Shown: piece by piece, positions 40,277 to 50,117 of the stretch
Layout: every line of letters starts with the position of its first letter
How positions within the stretch are numbered: position 1 is the first letter of the stretch
Origin: Planctomycetota bacterium
Lineage (GTDB): Bacteria > Planctomycetota > UBA8108 > UBA1146
Assembly (NCBI GenBank): GCA_036338595.1
Contig: JAYZBV010000077.1
Coordinates: forward strand, 1-64,000
Length of the DNA stretch: 64,000 nucleotides
Direction of reading: 5' to 3'
Position numbers and translations under genes: made by a program
Notes under the pieces: generated by a model
What the model saw: only the letters and a program-made list of their open reading frames with translations
What the model was told of the DNA's origin: nothing
Database searches by the model: none

Positions 40277-41203
40277 TTACCAGCCTCGGACCTGGAGTCG
40301 TTCATCCTCGGGAAGTTTGGTGGCATCCATTCCCTGCATCGCTTTTGGAAGTCCGCTCGAAGCCTCTGCCAGTTCGACCGCGTCATCGAAATGTGCAGTG
40401 GCATGGACGATGGCTGTAGCAGTCCGTATTGGTTCCTCGGATTTGAATATTCCAGAACCGACAAAGACTGCCTCGGCACCGAGTCGCATCACGAGGGCTG
40501 CGTCTGCGGGCGTGGCGATCCCTCCTGCGGCGAAGTTGGGGACAGGCAGTCTGCCCTCCTTGGCGACCTGGCACACCAGCGAGTAGGGGGCGGCCAGATC
40601 CTTTGCAATGCTCATCAATTCCTCGGGACTGGCCTGGGTGATGGCCCGAATCTGGCTGCGGATCAATCTCAGATGCCTGACCGCTTCGGTCACATCACCG
40701 GTGCCCGCCTCGCCCTTGGTACGAAGCATGGCAGCTCCTTCTGCGATGCGGCGTAGCGCCTCACCGAGATTAGTGGCTCCGCAGACAAAAGGCACCTGGA
40801 AGCGGCTCTTGTCGATGTGGTGGGCATGGTCTGCAGGGGTCAGAACTTCCGATTCGTCGATGAAATCGACTTCCAGTGCCTGCAAGATCTCGCCCTCGAC
40901 GAAGTGGCCGATTCTCGCCTTGGCCATGACGGGGATCGAAACCGTTTCCTGGATCTCTCGAACCTTGTCCACAGGTGACATCCGAGCGACGCCTCCGTCT
41001 CTGCGAATGTCAGAGGGAACCCGTTCGAGTGCCATGACGGCAACGGCTCCTGCCTCCTGTGCTGTCCTTGCCTGATCCGCAGTGGTGACATCCATGATGA
41101 CGCCGCCTCGCAGCATCTCGGCGAGGCCGACCTTTGTGCGAAACTCATCATCGGACCCGTTGGCTCTCAACGGAGTGGTGGACTGATCGTTCAAGGCTTC
41201 CAT
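40277..41203 (-). CDS. pdxS: Pyridoxal 5'-phosphate synthase lyase subunit
   Basis: [67 protein letters not shown], terminal RGW; start approximate. Confidence 0.96.
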   Translation of the reverse strand: MEALNDQSTTPLRANGSDDEFRTKVGLAEMLRGGVIMDVTTADQARTAQEAGAVAVMALERVPSDIRRDGGVARMSPVDKVREIQETVSIPVMAKARIGHFVEGEILQALEVDFIDESEVLTPADHAHHIDKSRFQVPFVCGATNLGEALRRIAEGAAMLRTKGEAGTGDVTEAVRHLRLIRSQIRAITQASPEELMSIAKDLAAPYSLVCQVAKEGRLPVPNFAAGGIATPADAALVMRLGAEAVFVGSGIFKSEEPIRTATAIVHATAHFDDAVELAEASSGLPKAMQGMDATKLPEDERLQVRGW

Positions 41204-41668
41204 CCTCTCTCTCGATGCAAAGGGTGCGGTGCACCCCCGCAGGCGGAACCCGATATTGCCTCTTCTGCGGTGCAGATGCGAGTGGATCGAGGCCCAGAGA
41301 GGCCCTTTCCGAGCCACCGGGTAGCCGTTATTCTGATGCCAGAACTGCCGGGAATATGGCGAAGATCAGAGGTGCCTGGGAAAGACTCCGGAAATCCCGG
41401 AGAAGGGGACCGATATGAGGCAGACTCCCGGATCCAGTGGCATGTGCTGCTGGATCATCGTCGACAACTCAATTTGTTCGGGGATTCCTTGGTTGAGGTT
41501 CGACTGGCCAGGTCCTGATGGCTGTCGATTTGCCTCGCTGGGTTCTGTACACCGAGCCAGAAGACCGAAGGAAAAACCCCGACGATGATGCCGAGTTGCT
41601 GTTATTCCGCACATGAAGTCCAGCGCGCCAGGACAGAGACGGTTCGCCTCGCCGGGCCCTCTCCCAGG

Positions 41669-43024
41669 ATGAGGACTCTGACCCTGGCTTCCCTTTCATC
41701 ACTGGTATTGCTGATCGGTGGATGGGGACAGGACAATTTGCAAGCGCAGATCTTCGAGCGCGCTCTCGTGCTCGAGGGAGTCCATCTACCCGCACCGGAC
41801 GGAACGGTGCAGGAAAATGCCAACATCATCCTGAGGGGCGGTCGGATCGCCGAGATGGGGCCCGATGCGGATGCTCCAATGATGTCCCGCAAGATGAAGG
41901 TCAAGGGGCTCTTTGCCACCGCAGGGATGACGGATCTCTTCTCTACCCTGACCCTGGATGCGGTGAGCTCGGCAAGCGCTGTTCATAGTGCATGGGATGG
42001 ATTCGACCGATACGACTCGGAACGGATCATGCAGGTGCTCTCAAATGGCGTGACGAGGGTTCACCTGGTTCCGATGGGTGCCGGTGGAATCGTTGGACGT
42101 GCCTGTTCTGTTTCTCTCGGTGAAAGAGAAGGCGGCGGCCATGGGAATCTCGATGCTGAGGATGTTGCGCTCTGTATCGATCTGGATACCGGAACTCCAC
42201 TGCAAAAGATCCGAACCTTTGAAAAGGTGAGATCAGCATTCCTTGCTGCGGAGCGTCGCCGCGACGCCTTCGATGATTACTCCAGTGATCTGGAGGAGTA
42301 CATCAAGGAACTCTCCGAAGCCGCCAAGAAGAAGGCAGAATCAGAGGGCAAGGAAGAGAAGGGCGACGACAAGAAATCCGACGATGAGGAAGAGAAGGAT
42401 AAGGAAAAGGACAAGGATAAGGACAAGGAAGAGGAGAAGGGGCCCGAGAAACCCGGTAGACCTGAGCGCAATCCCGCCTCCGATATCCTGCTTCAGGCTC
42501 TGGACCATGAGTTGCCGGTGATGATCACTGCCCGAAGGAGCCAGGATTTGCAAAATGCCCTCGACCTGATCGAGGAGTTCGGTTTTATCGCCACGATTCA
42601 GGGAGCGGACGAGGCTCACCTGATGCTGGAGGCACTGCAAGAGATGGATCATCTGTCGATCCTGCTCGATGTGCCGCGAACTCCGCTCGAGCGGGGCTCT
42701 GCTCCTCGTCAGGATGCTGCACTGATCTCGAGGCTCGAGGATTCGGGGATCGAATGGTCAGTGGCCAGTGGCGGCGAAAGTACATCTCTCTGGAGGTCGA
42801 TCCAGATGATCGCCGGGCAAGCCGACGGAACCTCTCCACTTCAACTCGCTCTCGCTCAGGGGGCTCGAGGCCGGGGGGCTGGATGGCTTCGTCGGGGTAG
42901 TTCGGAAGTGGTTCTCTGGGACAAGAATCCGGTGCTGGATCCGCTCGCAAGACCTCAGCGTGTGATCATCGATGGTACCGTCGTCTGGCAGCGGCCGGCC
43001 GGCACCCGGGAAGGTAGTTTTTGA
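41669..43024 (+). CDS. Secreted amidohydrolase-fold protein 1 (metal ligands absent)
   Basis: Signal peptide; ILRGGRIAEMG, ATAGMTDLFSTL (no HxH), NGVTRVHLVP, VLWDKNP...RVIIDG; long E/K/D-rich insert. Confidence 0.8.
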   Translation: MRTLTLASLSSLVLLIGGWGQDNLQAQIFERALVLEGVHLPAPDGTVQENANIILRGGRIAEMGPDADAPMMSRKMKVKGLFATAGMTDLFSTLTLDAVSSASAVHSAWDGFDRYDSERIMQVLSNGVTRVHLVPMGAGGIVGRACSVSLGEREGGGHGNLDAEDVALCIDLDTGTPLQKIRTFEKVRSAFLAAERRRDAFDDYSSDLEEYIKELSEAAKKKAESEGKEEKGDDKKSDDEEEKDKEKDKDKDKEEEKGPEKPGRPERNPASDILLQALDHELPVMITARRSQDLQNALDLIEEFGFIATIQGADEAHLMLEALQEMDHLSILLDVPRTPLERGSAPRQDAALISRLEDSGIEWSVASGGESTSLWRSIQMIAGQADGTSPLQLALAQGARGRGAGWLRRGSSEVVLWDKNPVLDPLARPQRVIIDGTVVWQRPAGTREGSF

Positions 43025-44178
43025 TGAGAACTCGCCTTCAACGCGGAACCCTGCTGATCAGTAGGCTTGCCATGGTCGGATTTTTACTGCTCGGCCCATT
43101 GCTGCTGGCAGCGTCGATGGCTGATGACGGTACTTTCGTGATCTCTCCCGTCGGAGTCGTGGGCCCCGATGGAAGTATCTGTCAGCAGATGGCGGTGGTC
43201 ATCGAGCCTGACGGCACCATCGCCGCAGTCATTCCAGCGGATCAGGCAGATCCGAAACTCTCCACCTTCGCCGCCGCATCAGGGGCGGTACTCACGCCGG
43301 GCTTACACGATCTGCTCGGATCTCTGGGTGCCAGGGGTTCCCTGACAGCAGGAACGGTTCTCATCGATAATGAACTGGCTGCTGCGGATGCGTTCGACCC
43401 GACAGATCCGGAACTGGATCGAGCAGCGAAACATGGTGTGCTCTACAGCACCATCGCTGCACTTCCCGCCGGCGTGCTCAACGGCACCACCGCCACTTTC
43501 ATCTGCCGAAGCTCCATCGAAGCCACATCTGTGGCCGCCGGAAAACCATGCTTCGCACTGTCGGGAACCGTTCTCAATTCGTCACGTGAGCCGACCAGCC
43601 GCTCGGCGATGGTCTCGATCTGGAAGGACTGGCTCAAAAGCGGCGACTCCGCACTTCAGAGCCCCGGAATTCTCTTCTGCCCCGATGCCATCGATCTGCG
43701 CCAGACGCTGTCGCTCGGGTGGAAGTCATTGCCAGTGCTGGTCCACTCCGGAGATGCGAGATCTCCCGTCGGGAGGCTCGCAGGCCGGGATGCGATGATG
43801 GTGGTGGGCCCCTTCCTCGAAGGGGGAGATCCGGCAGTGGTGTCGACCGCGATCCGGGCAGCTCGCACCGGAACGGAGCTCGCCTTCAAGGGTGCCTTCG
43901 GTGGAGGTCCTGCAGATCAACTACGAGGTAGTGCCGCGATAGCCGTGTCCGCAGGACTCGACGGCGATGCAGCCAGACGAGCACTTTTCTCCAACCCTGC
44001 CCGGGTCGCCGGTTGCAGCGGTGTGGGAGTCATCGAGCCCGGGGCTCGCGCAGATCTGGTGCTGTTCTCCACCGACCCACTCGATCCAGGAGCGAAAGTG
44101 CTTCAGGTGTGGATCGGAGGAGTCCAGATGCGCTCGGAGCCCACCGGACACATCCGGCCACTGAAAGGAATCCGATGA
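43024..44178 (+). CDS. Secreted amidohydrolase-fold protein 2 (metal ligands absent)
   Basis: TGATG overlap; LTPGLHDLLGSLG (no HxH), PTSRSA, NPARVAG...GVIEPGARADLVLFSTDPL. Confidence 0.8.
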   Translation: MRTRLQRGTLLISRLAMVGFLLLGPLLLAASMADDGTFVISPVGVVGPDGSICQQMAVVIEPDGTIAAVIPADQADPKLSTFAAASGAVLTPGLHDLLGSLGARGSLTAGTVLIDNELAAADAFDPTDPELDRAAKHGVLYSTIAALPAGVLNGTTATFICRSSIEATSVAAGKPCFALSGTVLNSSREPTSRSAMVSIWKDWLKSGDSALQSPGILFCPDAIDLRQTLSLGWKSLPVLVHSGDARSPVGRLAGRDAMMVVGPFLEGGDPAVVSTAIRAARTGTELAFKGAFGGGPADQLRGSAAIAVSAGLDGDAARRALFSNPARVAGCSGVGVIEPGARADLVLFSTDPLDPGAKVLQVWIGGVQMRSEPTGHIRPLKGIR

Positions 44179-45755
44179 AGAAGCAAACCCCGACGAGACA
44201 GCCCTCTGGATTCTTCATTCCAACTTCGATGGCATGGCTGCTGGCTGTGGTGCTGACCGTGTCGCTGGCTCCTGCAACGAGCGCCGCGGTTGTGGCGGGA
44301 GATGCCGAGAAATCGGAAGTGGAACTGGTCAAGGATGTGACCATCCGTGCAGAGCGTGCGCATATCGGAGATGGACAGATCGTCGAGGACGCTCTGATCG
44401 TCATCAAGGATGGCATCATCCAGAGTATCGTCAGCGGTGGTGAGGCCGAGTCGGAGGAAAATGTACTGGTCGTCTCTGACATCACACCTGGACTGATCGA
44501 CGCCAACGCCAGGATCGATGTCGCCGATGCGCTTTATTTCCCGGGAGAGGACCCCAGGCTGCAGATTCTCCGGGTGATGGGTCTGGAAGAACATTTCCAC
44601 GGCGGGGATGTCTGTCCCTGTGGCACGGTTTGCCCCGCCATGACTTCCCATATCGCCGACGAGATGTGCCTTTACTGCGGTTGGCCCGATCACGACCCTC
44701 ACCCTCATGATCCAGGCGATGAAATCGCTGCGGATGCAATTGCGGGTGATCGAGCGGCTGGAGTGCCCGCTCCCAGTGGAGTCGTCAATGAACAATCGAG
44801 TGAGGTCGTGCCTCACTTCGAGGTGCTCGATGCGATCGATCAGGGGTCGGATGATTTCGACCGATTACTCGAAGAGGGAGTGACGACCATCTATGTCAGC
44901 CCCGACTCCTCGGCGGTGATTGGAGGCAGGGGGTCCCTGATGAAGACAGGTGGACCCATTGGAGCCAGATACCTGGGAGCCGGTGCGGTCAAGGGTGTCC
45001 TTGGAAGCGATGCCTATCGATACGGTTCGCGTAACCGCAGCCCATTTCGCACGCTGGTCTCCGTCTACACCAGACGCCCCGATTCCCGGATGGGAGTGAC
45101 ATGGGTGTTTCGCAAGGCGTTCCACGATGCGTTCCTGCGCGCCAGTGGTGTGCAACCCAGCGGCGCGGATACATCCAGTCCCAGTGCCTCGAGAGTGCTC
45201 TCGCAGGTTCTCGCGGGCGAGGTGCCACTGCGGATCCAGGCTCGTACAGCGCCTGATATAGAAACTGCTTTCAGACTGTGCGACGAATTCGGCCTGGATT
45301 TTGTACTCGAGGATCCTGTCGAGGCGTGGAAGCGAGTCGACCTGCTCTCGGAGAGTGGCGTCGATGTCGTGTTCGGGCCGGTTTTTGATGTTCCGAGCGG
45401 AATTCTGGCAGGCACCAGTGAGAGCAGGGGTGCACGTCTGCACACGCTACGTGATCTGGTTTCATCCGGAGTTTCCGTGTCGCTGAGCGCTCAGGACCTC
45501 AGAGGTGAGGAGGGGCTCTCCCGTCAGGTGATGCTGGCGATCCGACATGGAGTCGATCCTGCGATGGCCTTGAAACTGGTGACGCAAAATCCAGCCCGGT
45601 TGCTCGGGATCGATGCCCAGGTGGGAACCATCGAAGCTGGAAAAAGAGCTGACCTGGTCATCTGGAGTGGCACACCCTTCTCCTCTCTGTCACAGATAGA
45701 AAAGGTCTACCACGAAGGTGTGATCTCTTTCATCCGAGGCGGAGCCAATAAATGA
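44175..45755 (+). CDS. Secreted amidohydrolase-fold protein 3 with Cys/His-rich insert (metal ligands absent)
   Basis: ATGA overlap; IKDGII, ITPGLIDANARI (no HxH), EGVTTIYVSP, PDSRMG, NPARLLGI...GTIEAGKRADLVIWSG. Confidence 0.82.
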   Translation: MKKQTPTRQPSGFFIPTSMAWLLAVVLTVSLAPATSAAVVAGDAEKSEVELVKDVTIRAERAHIGDGQIVEDALIVIKDGIIQSIVSGGEAESEENVLVVSDITPGLIDANARIDVADALYFPGEDPRLQILRVMGLEEHFHGGDVCPCGTVCPAMTSHIADEMCLYCGWPDHDPHPHDPGDEIAADAIAGDRAAGVPAPSGVVNEQSSEVVPHFEVLDAIDQGSDDFDRLLEEGVTTIYVSPDSSAVIGGRGSLMKTGGPIGARYLGAGAVKGVLGSDAYRYGSRNRSPFRTLVSVYTRRPDSRMGVTWVFRKAFHDAFLRASGVQPSGADTSSPSASRVLSQVLAGEVPLRIQARTAPDIETAFRLCDEFGLDFVLEDPVEAWKRVDLLSESGVDVVFGPVFDVPSGILAGTSESRGARLHTLRDLVSSGVSVSLSAQDLRGEEGLSRQVMLAIRHGVDPAMALKLVTQNPARLLGIDAQVGTIEAGKRADLVIWSGTPFSSLSQIEKVYHEGVISFIRGGANK

Positions 45756-47383
45756 AATCGAGAGTCCCCGGAGGCGAGGAGCCGATGTTTTCGATGAACT
45801 TCAATAATTTACGCCCACTACCATGGGTCATCGTCACGGTGTTGTTCCTGATGACAACACCGATGGCGCAGGCGAATGGAAACAAGGTTGCTTTCACAGG
45901 AGGGACGGTGTTGACCGTCTCCGGACCTGTCATCGAGGGGGGAGTGATCCTCGTTGAAGACGGCATCATCACTGCAGTCGGCGAAGGGGACACGGAGATT
46001 CCCTACGATGCGATGGAAGTCGACTGCACCGGCATGATCCTGGCTCCTGGATTTGTCGACCCTCACAGTGCGGATGGCCTCGACATTCCCAATGAGAACC
46101 TTCCGAAGGCGCCATTTGTCGACGTCTTCGATGCCATCGATCCATCCAGGTTCTTCTTCGAGGATTCGCTTCGAAATGGTGTCACGACGATTCACGTCAT
46201 GCAGGGCAACAACTGCGTTGTCGGTGGTGTCAGTCGCATCGTGCATCCGATCGGACTCTCTCCACATGAGATGTCACGCCAGGCTGGTGTGGCCATGAAA
46301 CTCTCGACATCTCCTCGACAGGGTTACGATCGATTGAGGCAACTCGCAGAGTTGCGCGAGGTGTTCTCGGAATACGACCGCTGGAGAGAGAATCTTGCAG
46401 AGAAGCGATTCGAGCAGGAGGCGAAAAAAGACGACGATCTGGAGCCCTTGCCCCCCGAGGAGGCGCGCCAGAAGGGGGAGGAGTTGATCCGTGATGAAGA
46501 TCTGGATGATCAGCACCGCAATCTCGCCCACCTCGTCGATGGACGTCTGGGAGCGTGGATATATTGTGGATCGGCCTCGGATGTGGCTCCTGCGCTGGCC
46601 CTCATCTCCGATAGAGGGTGGCAGAAGAACTCGGTGCTGGTGCTGGGAGGAGATGCCCACCTGGCGGTGAGCGAGATCGATGACTCCAACCTTGCCGTGA
46701 TCCTCGATGCGGATCTGGTGTACAGAAAAAGGGACCCCATCCACGGCGAACTGATCGAGACCTTCATCCCGGATATCTACCGCGGTGCAGGGGTGAAATT
46801 TGCCATCCAGCCTTCCAGGACCGGATCGATGCCGGAGAGATTCCTCGGCTACCAGGCAGCTCGCCTGGTCCGCTCGGGAGTGTCTCCAGAAGATGCGTTG
46901 CGCATCGTCACTCTCGGTGCTGCGGAGATCTGTGGCGTCGCGGATCGCTATGGATCGATCGAGGTCGGCAAGGTCGGCAATCTTGTGATGTGGACCGGTG
47001 ACCCCCTCGATCTGACATCCTGGGTCCAGAAGGTCTGGGTCGAGGGCATCCTCGCCTATGATCGTGAAAAGGATGCCAGGCTGGAGAGGCTCTTCCCGGA
47101 AGCTGCCGAGGAACCGGAACCTCCCGCTCCCCTCGATGATGCCGAAACCTCTGAAGAGGATGGAGATGGCGACTCCGCTGCAGAAGACGGGGATCAGCCG
47201 AAGGGTGACGAGGCCGCTGATCCTCAGCCCTTGAAGGAAAAGTCGACCGAGAAGGACAAGAAAGAGGCTCCCGACAAGAAGCCCGTCCCTCCGGACGACA
47301 AGCCGGATGACAAGCCGGACGACAAGCCGGACGACAAGCCGGACGACAAGCCGGACGACAAGCCGACGGTCGGAGAGGTCTAG
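45752..47383 (+). CDS. Secreted amidohydrolase-fold protein 4 (partial metal site) with acidic repeat tail
   Basis: ATGA overlap; VEDGIITAVG, LAPGFVDPHSAD (one His only), NGVTT, GSIEVGKVGNLVMWTGDPL. Confidence 0.82.
   Translation: MKSRVPGGEEPMFSMNFNNLRPLPWVIVTVLFLMTTPMAQANGNKVAFTGGTVLTVSGPVIEGGVILVEDGIITAVGEGDTEIPYDAMEVDCTGMILAPGFVDPHSADGLDIPNENLPKAPFVDVFDAIDPSRFFFEDSLRNGVTTIHVMQGNNCVVGGVSRIVHPIGLSPHEMSRQAGVAMKLSTSPRQGYDRLRQLAELREVFSEYDRWRENLAEKRFEQEAKKDDDLEPLPPEEARQKGEELIRDEDLDDQHRNLAHLVDGRLGAWIYCGSASDVAPALALISDRGWQKNSVLVLGGDAHLAVSEIDDSNLAVILDADLVYRKRDPIHGELIETFIPDIYRGAGVKFAIQPSRTGSMPERFLGYQAARLVRSGVSPEDALRIVTLGAAEICGVADRYGSIEVGKVGNLVMWTGDPLDLTSWVQKVWVEGILAYDREKDARLERLFPEAAEEPEPPAPLDDAETSEEDGDGDSAAEDGDQPKGDEAADPQPLKEKSTEKDKKEAPDKKPVPPDDKPDDKPDDKPDDKPDDKPDDKPTVGEV
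47291..47362 (+). repeat. In-frame tandem repeat, 6 x 12 bp (CCGGACGACAAG), encoding (PDDK)6
   Basis: Five exact copies plus one with a synonymous C>T. Confidence 0.95.
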
Positions 47384-47384
47384 A

Positions 47385-50117
47385 ATGCGATTTCCGCTGA
47401 TCCTGATCGGGATCCTGACACTGTCATGCGCCCAGCCGGCGGGTGCGCAGAGCGCAGGGGATGACTTCGTGCTCCGTGCAGGTACCGTCCACACGGGGAT
47501 TCGAGAGATTCCCGATGGAGCGATCGTGGTCCGCGATGGCAAGGTGGTCGCATCCGCCGCATGGTCGGAACTGCAGGACGATGCCAGTCTCGATCAACTT
47601 CCGCTGGTCCACTGGCCCGATGCCTATGTCACTCCCGGTCTCGTTGCCGCAGCGAGTGGATTGGTCCCTGCGCACTCATCGCCTGAGAGCATCTCCGCTG
47701 CTTTCAGAGCCTCGGATGGGTTCGATCGTTACGGCGACTACCGCCCGCTGTTGAAGACCGGGGTCACCACCGTCCACCTGAGTCCGGGAGAACATCGCCT
47801 CGTCAGCGGCCAGGGTGCTGTGGTCAAACTGGTCGGGGACGCCGACGACCGGATCATCAAATCGAGCTCTGATCTCTCCCTTTCGCTCACCGACGATGTG
47901 GATGGTCCGGGTGCTCTTCTCAAGATTCCATTTCCAGCCTCCAGCGATGTGGCGATCACTGCGCCGGTTCCACAGCGGCCTCGAAGTCGCATCGGCCGTC
48001 TGTTGGCTCTCGGTGAGGCGATCGAGAAATCGACCGAGGATGCTGCAGCCCACGGCGAACTGGCCCAGGCCTGGCAATCGGGATTGCCCCTGAGAGTGGC
48101 CGCTCGCAGAGCACCGGAGATCCTCGCAGCGATCTCCTTCATCCGCGGCAAGGGACGAGAAGGATACATCGTGGGGGGAACAGAGATCGCCGAAGTCTCT
48201 CCAGCGCTGGCTGCTGCGGGAATCCCTCTGGTCCTTCGCATCCAGCTGGTCGGTGGAGATGTGGGATTTTCAGCGAGGGAGCCGATCGAGGGCCTGACCC
48301 ACTGGCCCGATCTGGGAAGCGAAGGACTGCTGGCTCTTGCTCCTCCCGATAACGATCTGGCGCTGCTGCGATGGGCGCTGGTGGAAGCAGCCTCACACAT
48401 GAAGAACCCCGGGGATTCCATCGCACTGGTGACACACAATGCCGCTCGCATCCTCGGAGTCGAGGATCGTGTGGGAAGTCTGCAAGCGGGTGCAGATGCG
48501 GACATCGTGGTCTGGAACGAAGCACCGTGGAACATCAGTGCGCACCCACTTGAAGTGGTTGCCGGGGGCAGGAGCGCCTGGCAGCCGCAGGACAGTTCCG
48601 CAACGGTGATTCGCGCCGAAACGATCTGGCTCTCCCCCGAGGTTGCGATCGCTGATGGCGAGATCCTCCTCGAGGATGGAAAGATCGCATCGGTGGGTCG
48701 AAGAGTTCCGCACCCTCCCCATTCAAAGGTGGTCGATGCGGGGCCGGGCAGTTTTGTCGTTCCTGGTTTCATCGACAGTTTCGGTCATCTCGGATTGCGA
48801 GGTGATTCTGGAGCTGCGGGTACAGGGGATCGCCTTTACAGACTGATCGGATCCGCGGATGAACCGGAACACCGGGTAGCGCGTGCGGGTGTAACTTCAC
48901 AGTTGCTGACTCCGAAGCGGTTGCAGCGTGGTGCTGCCACTGCAGTGATGGTCAAAACTGCGGGCCGGAGCAGAGCAGATCGTGTTGCCCGGCCAGTGTC
49001 TGCGTTGCTGCTGGAAGCGAGTGGCCATCCGGATGAAGCTCTCGGTGGAATCACGCGATTGCTCGGGCAGGGCCAGAAATACCTCGATTCCTGGAAGAAG
49101 TACGAAAAGGAACTTGCAGAGTGGGAAGAAAAGAAGGCCGCGGGTGAAACGATCGAAGCCAAGGAAGAGGTAGAGGAAGAGGTGGTGGAAGAAGGGGGGC
49201 CGGACCCACTCACCGGGATCTGGGAATTGACCATCTCTGGCGGCCCACTTCCTGATGCCGAGACGGTTTCGATTTCGATTCAACTCGAAGGAGACAAGTT
49301 CGAGGGTCGAATCGTGGAGCCTATTCCTCCCATTCCGGTGCGGGTGGTGGGAACCCTCTCCGGGACCACCATCGAAGCGACCATCGAGATCGAAGATGGA
49401 GTGATTCCAGATACTCCCAAGATCGAAGCAGAACTGACCGGAGAAGACGCCCTGTCGGGAACCATCTCGGTGATGCAATTCTCTGCGGATGTAATGGGTA
49501 CTCGCACCAGCAAGGAAGCCAAGACTTTCAAGGTGGAGCGGCGCAAGAAACGAGACGATGACGGTCGTCCCAATCCGCCAAAGGTCAATCTGGCGATGGA
49601 GCCGGTCCGAGATGTACTCGAGAAGAAAATTCCAGTGGTGGTGACTCCCAGCGGTCTGGAAGTCGCAGCAAAGGTCATCGAGTTCTTCTCGAAAAAGAAG
49701 ATCCCCTTGACCCTCAGGCTCGGTCCCGAGATGCGACACTACGGTGATCTTCTGTCGAAAGAATCGGTTTCGGTGATTCTTCCGAAGCAGGTGTCCTATA
49801 CCGTCAATAGAGAAGAATTCGTCCCCGCTACCTTTCTCAGTCGCGCAGGAATCAATGTGGCCTTCCAGAGTCAGGCTTCCGATGGAGCGCGTGCCCTACC
49901 CCAGCAGGCTTTGCAGGCGGTAGAGAGGGGCATGGGAGCCGACGATGCTTTGTATGCACTGACCCGAGGAGCCGCTGAAGCGCTGGGAGCTCAAGATCGA
50001 GTCGGATCGATCGAGAAGGGCCTCGACGCAGACCTGTTGATCTGGAATGGACATCCCCTCGAGGCGGGTAGCACTCTGCAGAGGGTATTCATCGATGGAG
50101 AGGAGGTCCCGAGATGA
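47385..50117 (+). CDS. Secreted double amidohydrolase-fold protein 5 with inserted beta-rich domain (910 aa)
   Basis: Starts 1 nt after the upstream stop. Domain 1 VTPGLVAAASGL...GSLQAGADADIVVW; domain 2 VVPGFIDSFGHLG...GSIEKGLDADLLIWNGHPL; neither has HxH. Confidence 0.82.
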   Translation: MRFPLILIGILTLSCAQPAGAQSAGDDFVLRAGTVHTGIREIPDGAIVVRDGKVVASAAWSELQDDASLDQLPLVHWPDAYVTPGLVAAASGLVPAHSSPESISAAFRASDGFDRYGDYRPLLKTGVTTVHLSPGEHRLVSGQGAVVKLVGDADDRIIKSSSDLSLSLTDDVDGPGALLKIPFPASSDVAITAPVPQRPRSRIGRLLALGEAIEKSTEDAAAHGELAQAWQSGLPLRVAARRAPEILAAISFIRGKGREGYIVGGTEIAEVSPALAAAGIPLVLRIQLVGGDVGFSAREPIEGLTHWPDLGSEGLLALAPPDNDLALLRWALVEAASHMKNPGDSIALVTHNAARILGVEDRVGSLQAGADADIVVWNEAPWNISAHPLEVVAGGRSAWQPQDSSATVIRAETIWLSPEVAIADGEILLEDGKIASVGRRVPHPPHSKVVDAGPGSFVVPGFIDSFGHLGLRGDSGAAGTGDRLYRLIGSADEPEHRVARAGVTSQLLTPKRLQRGAATAVMVKTAGRSRADRVARPVSALLLEASGHPDEALGGITRLLGQGQKYLDSWKKYEKELAEWEEKKAAGETIEAKEEVEEEVVEEGGPDPLTGIWELTISGGPLPDAETVSISIQLEGDKFEGRIVEPIPPIPVRVVGTLSGTTIEATIEIEDGVIPDTPKIEAELTGEDALSGTISVMQFSADVMGTRTSKEAKTFKVERRKKRDDDGRPNPPKVNLAMEPVRDVLEKKIPVVVTPSGLEVAAKVIEFFSKKKIPLTLRLGPEMRHYGDLLSKESVSVILPKQVSYTVNREEFVPATFLSRAGINVAFQSQASDGARALPQQALQAVERGMGADDALYALTRGAAEALGAQDRVGSIEKGLDADLLIWNGHPLEAGSTLQRVFIDGEEVPR

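Noticed and set aside
41204..41668. 465-nt gap between pdxS and the amidohydrolase operon as ncRNA or small ORF
   Set aside because: The short ORFs have no RBS or recognisable features and I see no tRNA cloverleaf; most simply a divergent promoter region.
47291..47362. Tandem repeat as a possible CRISPR array
   Set aside because: 12-bp units with no spacers, in frame within a CDS, and no cas genes in the window.
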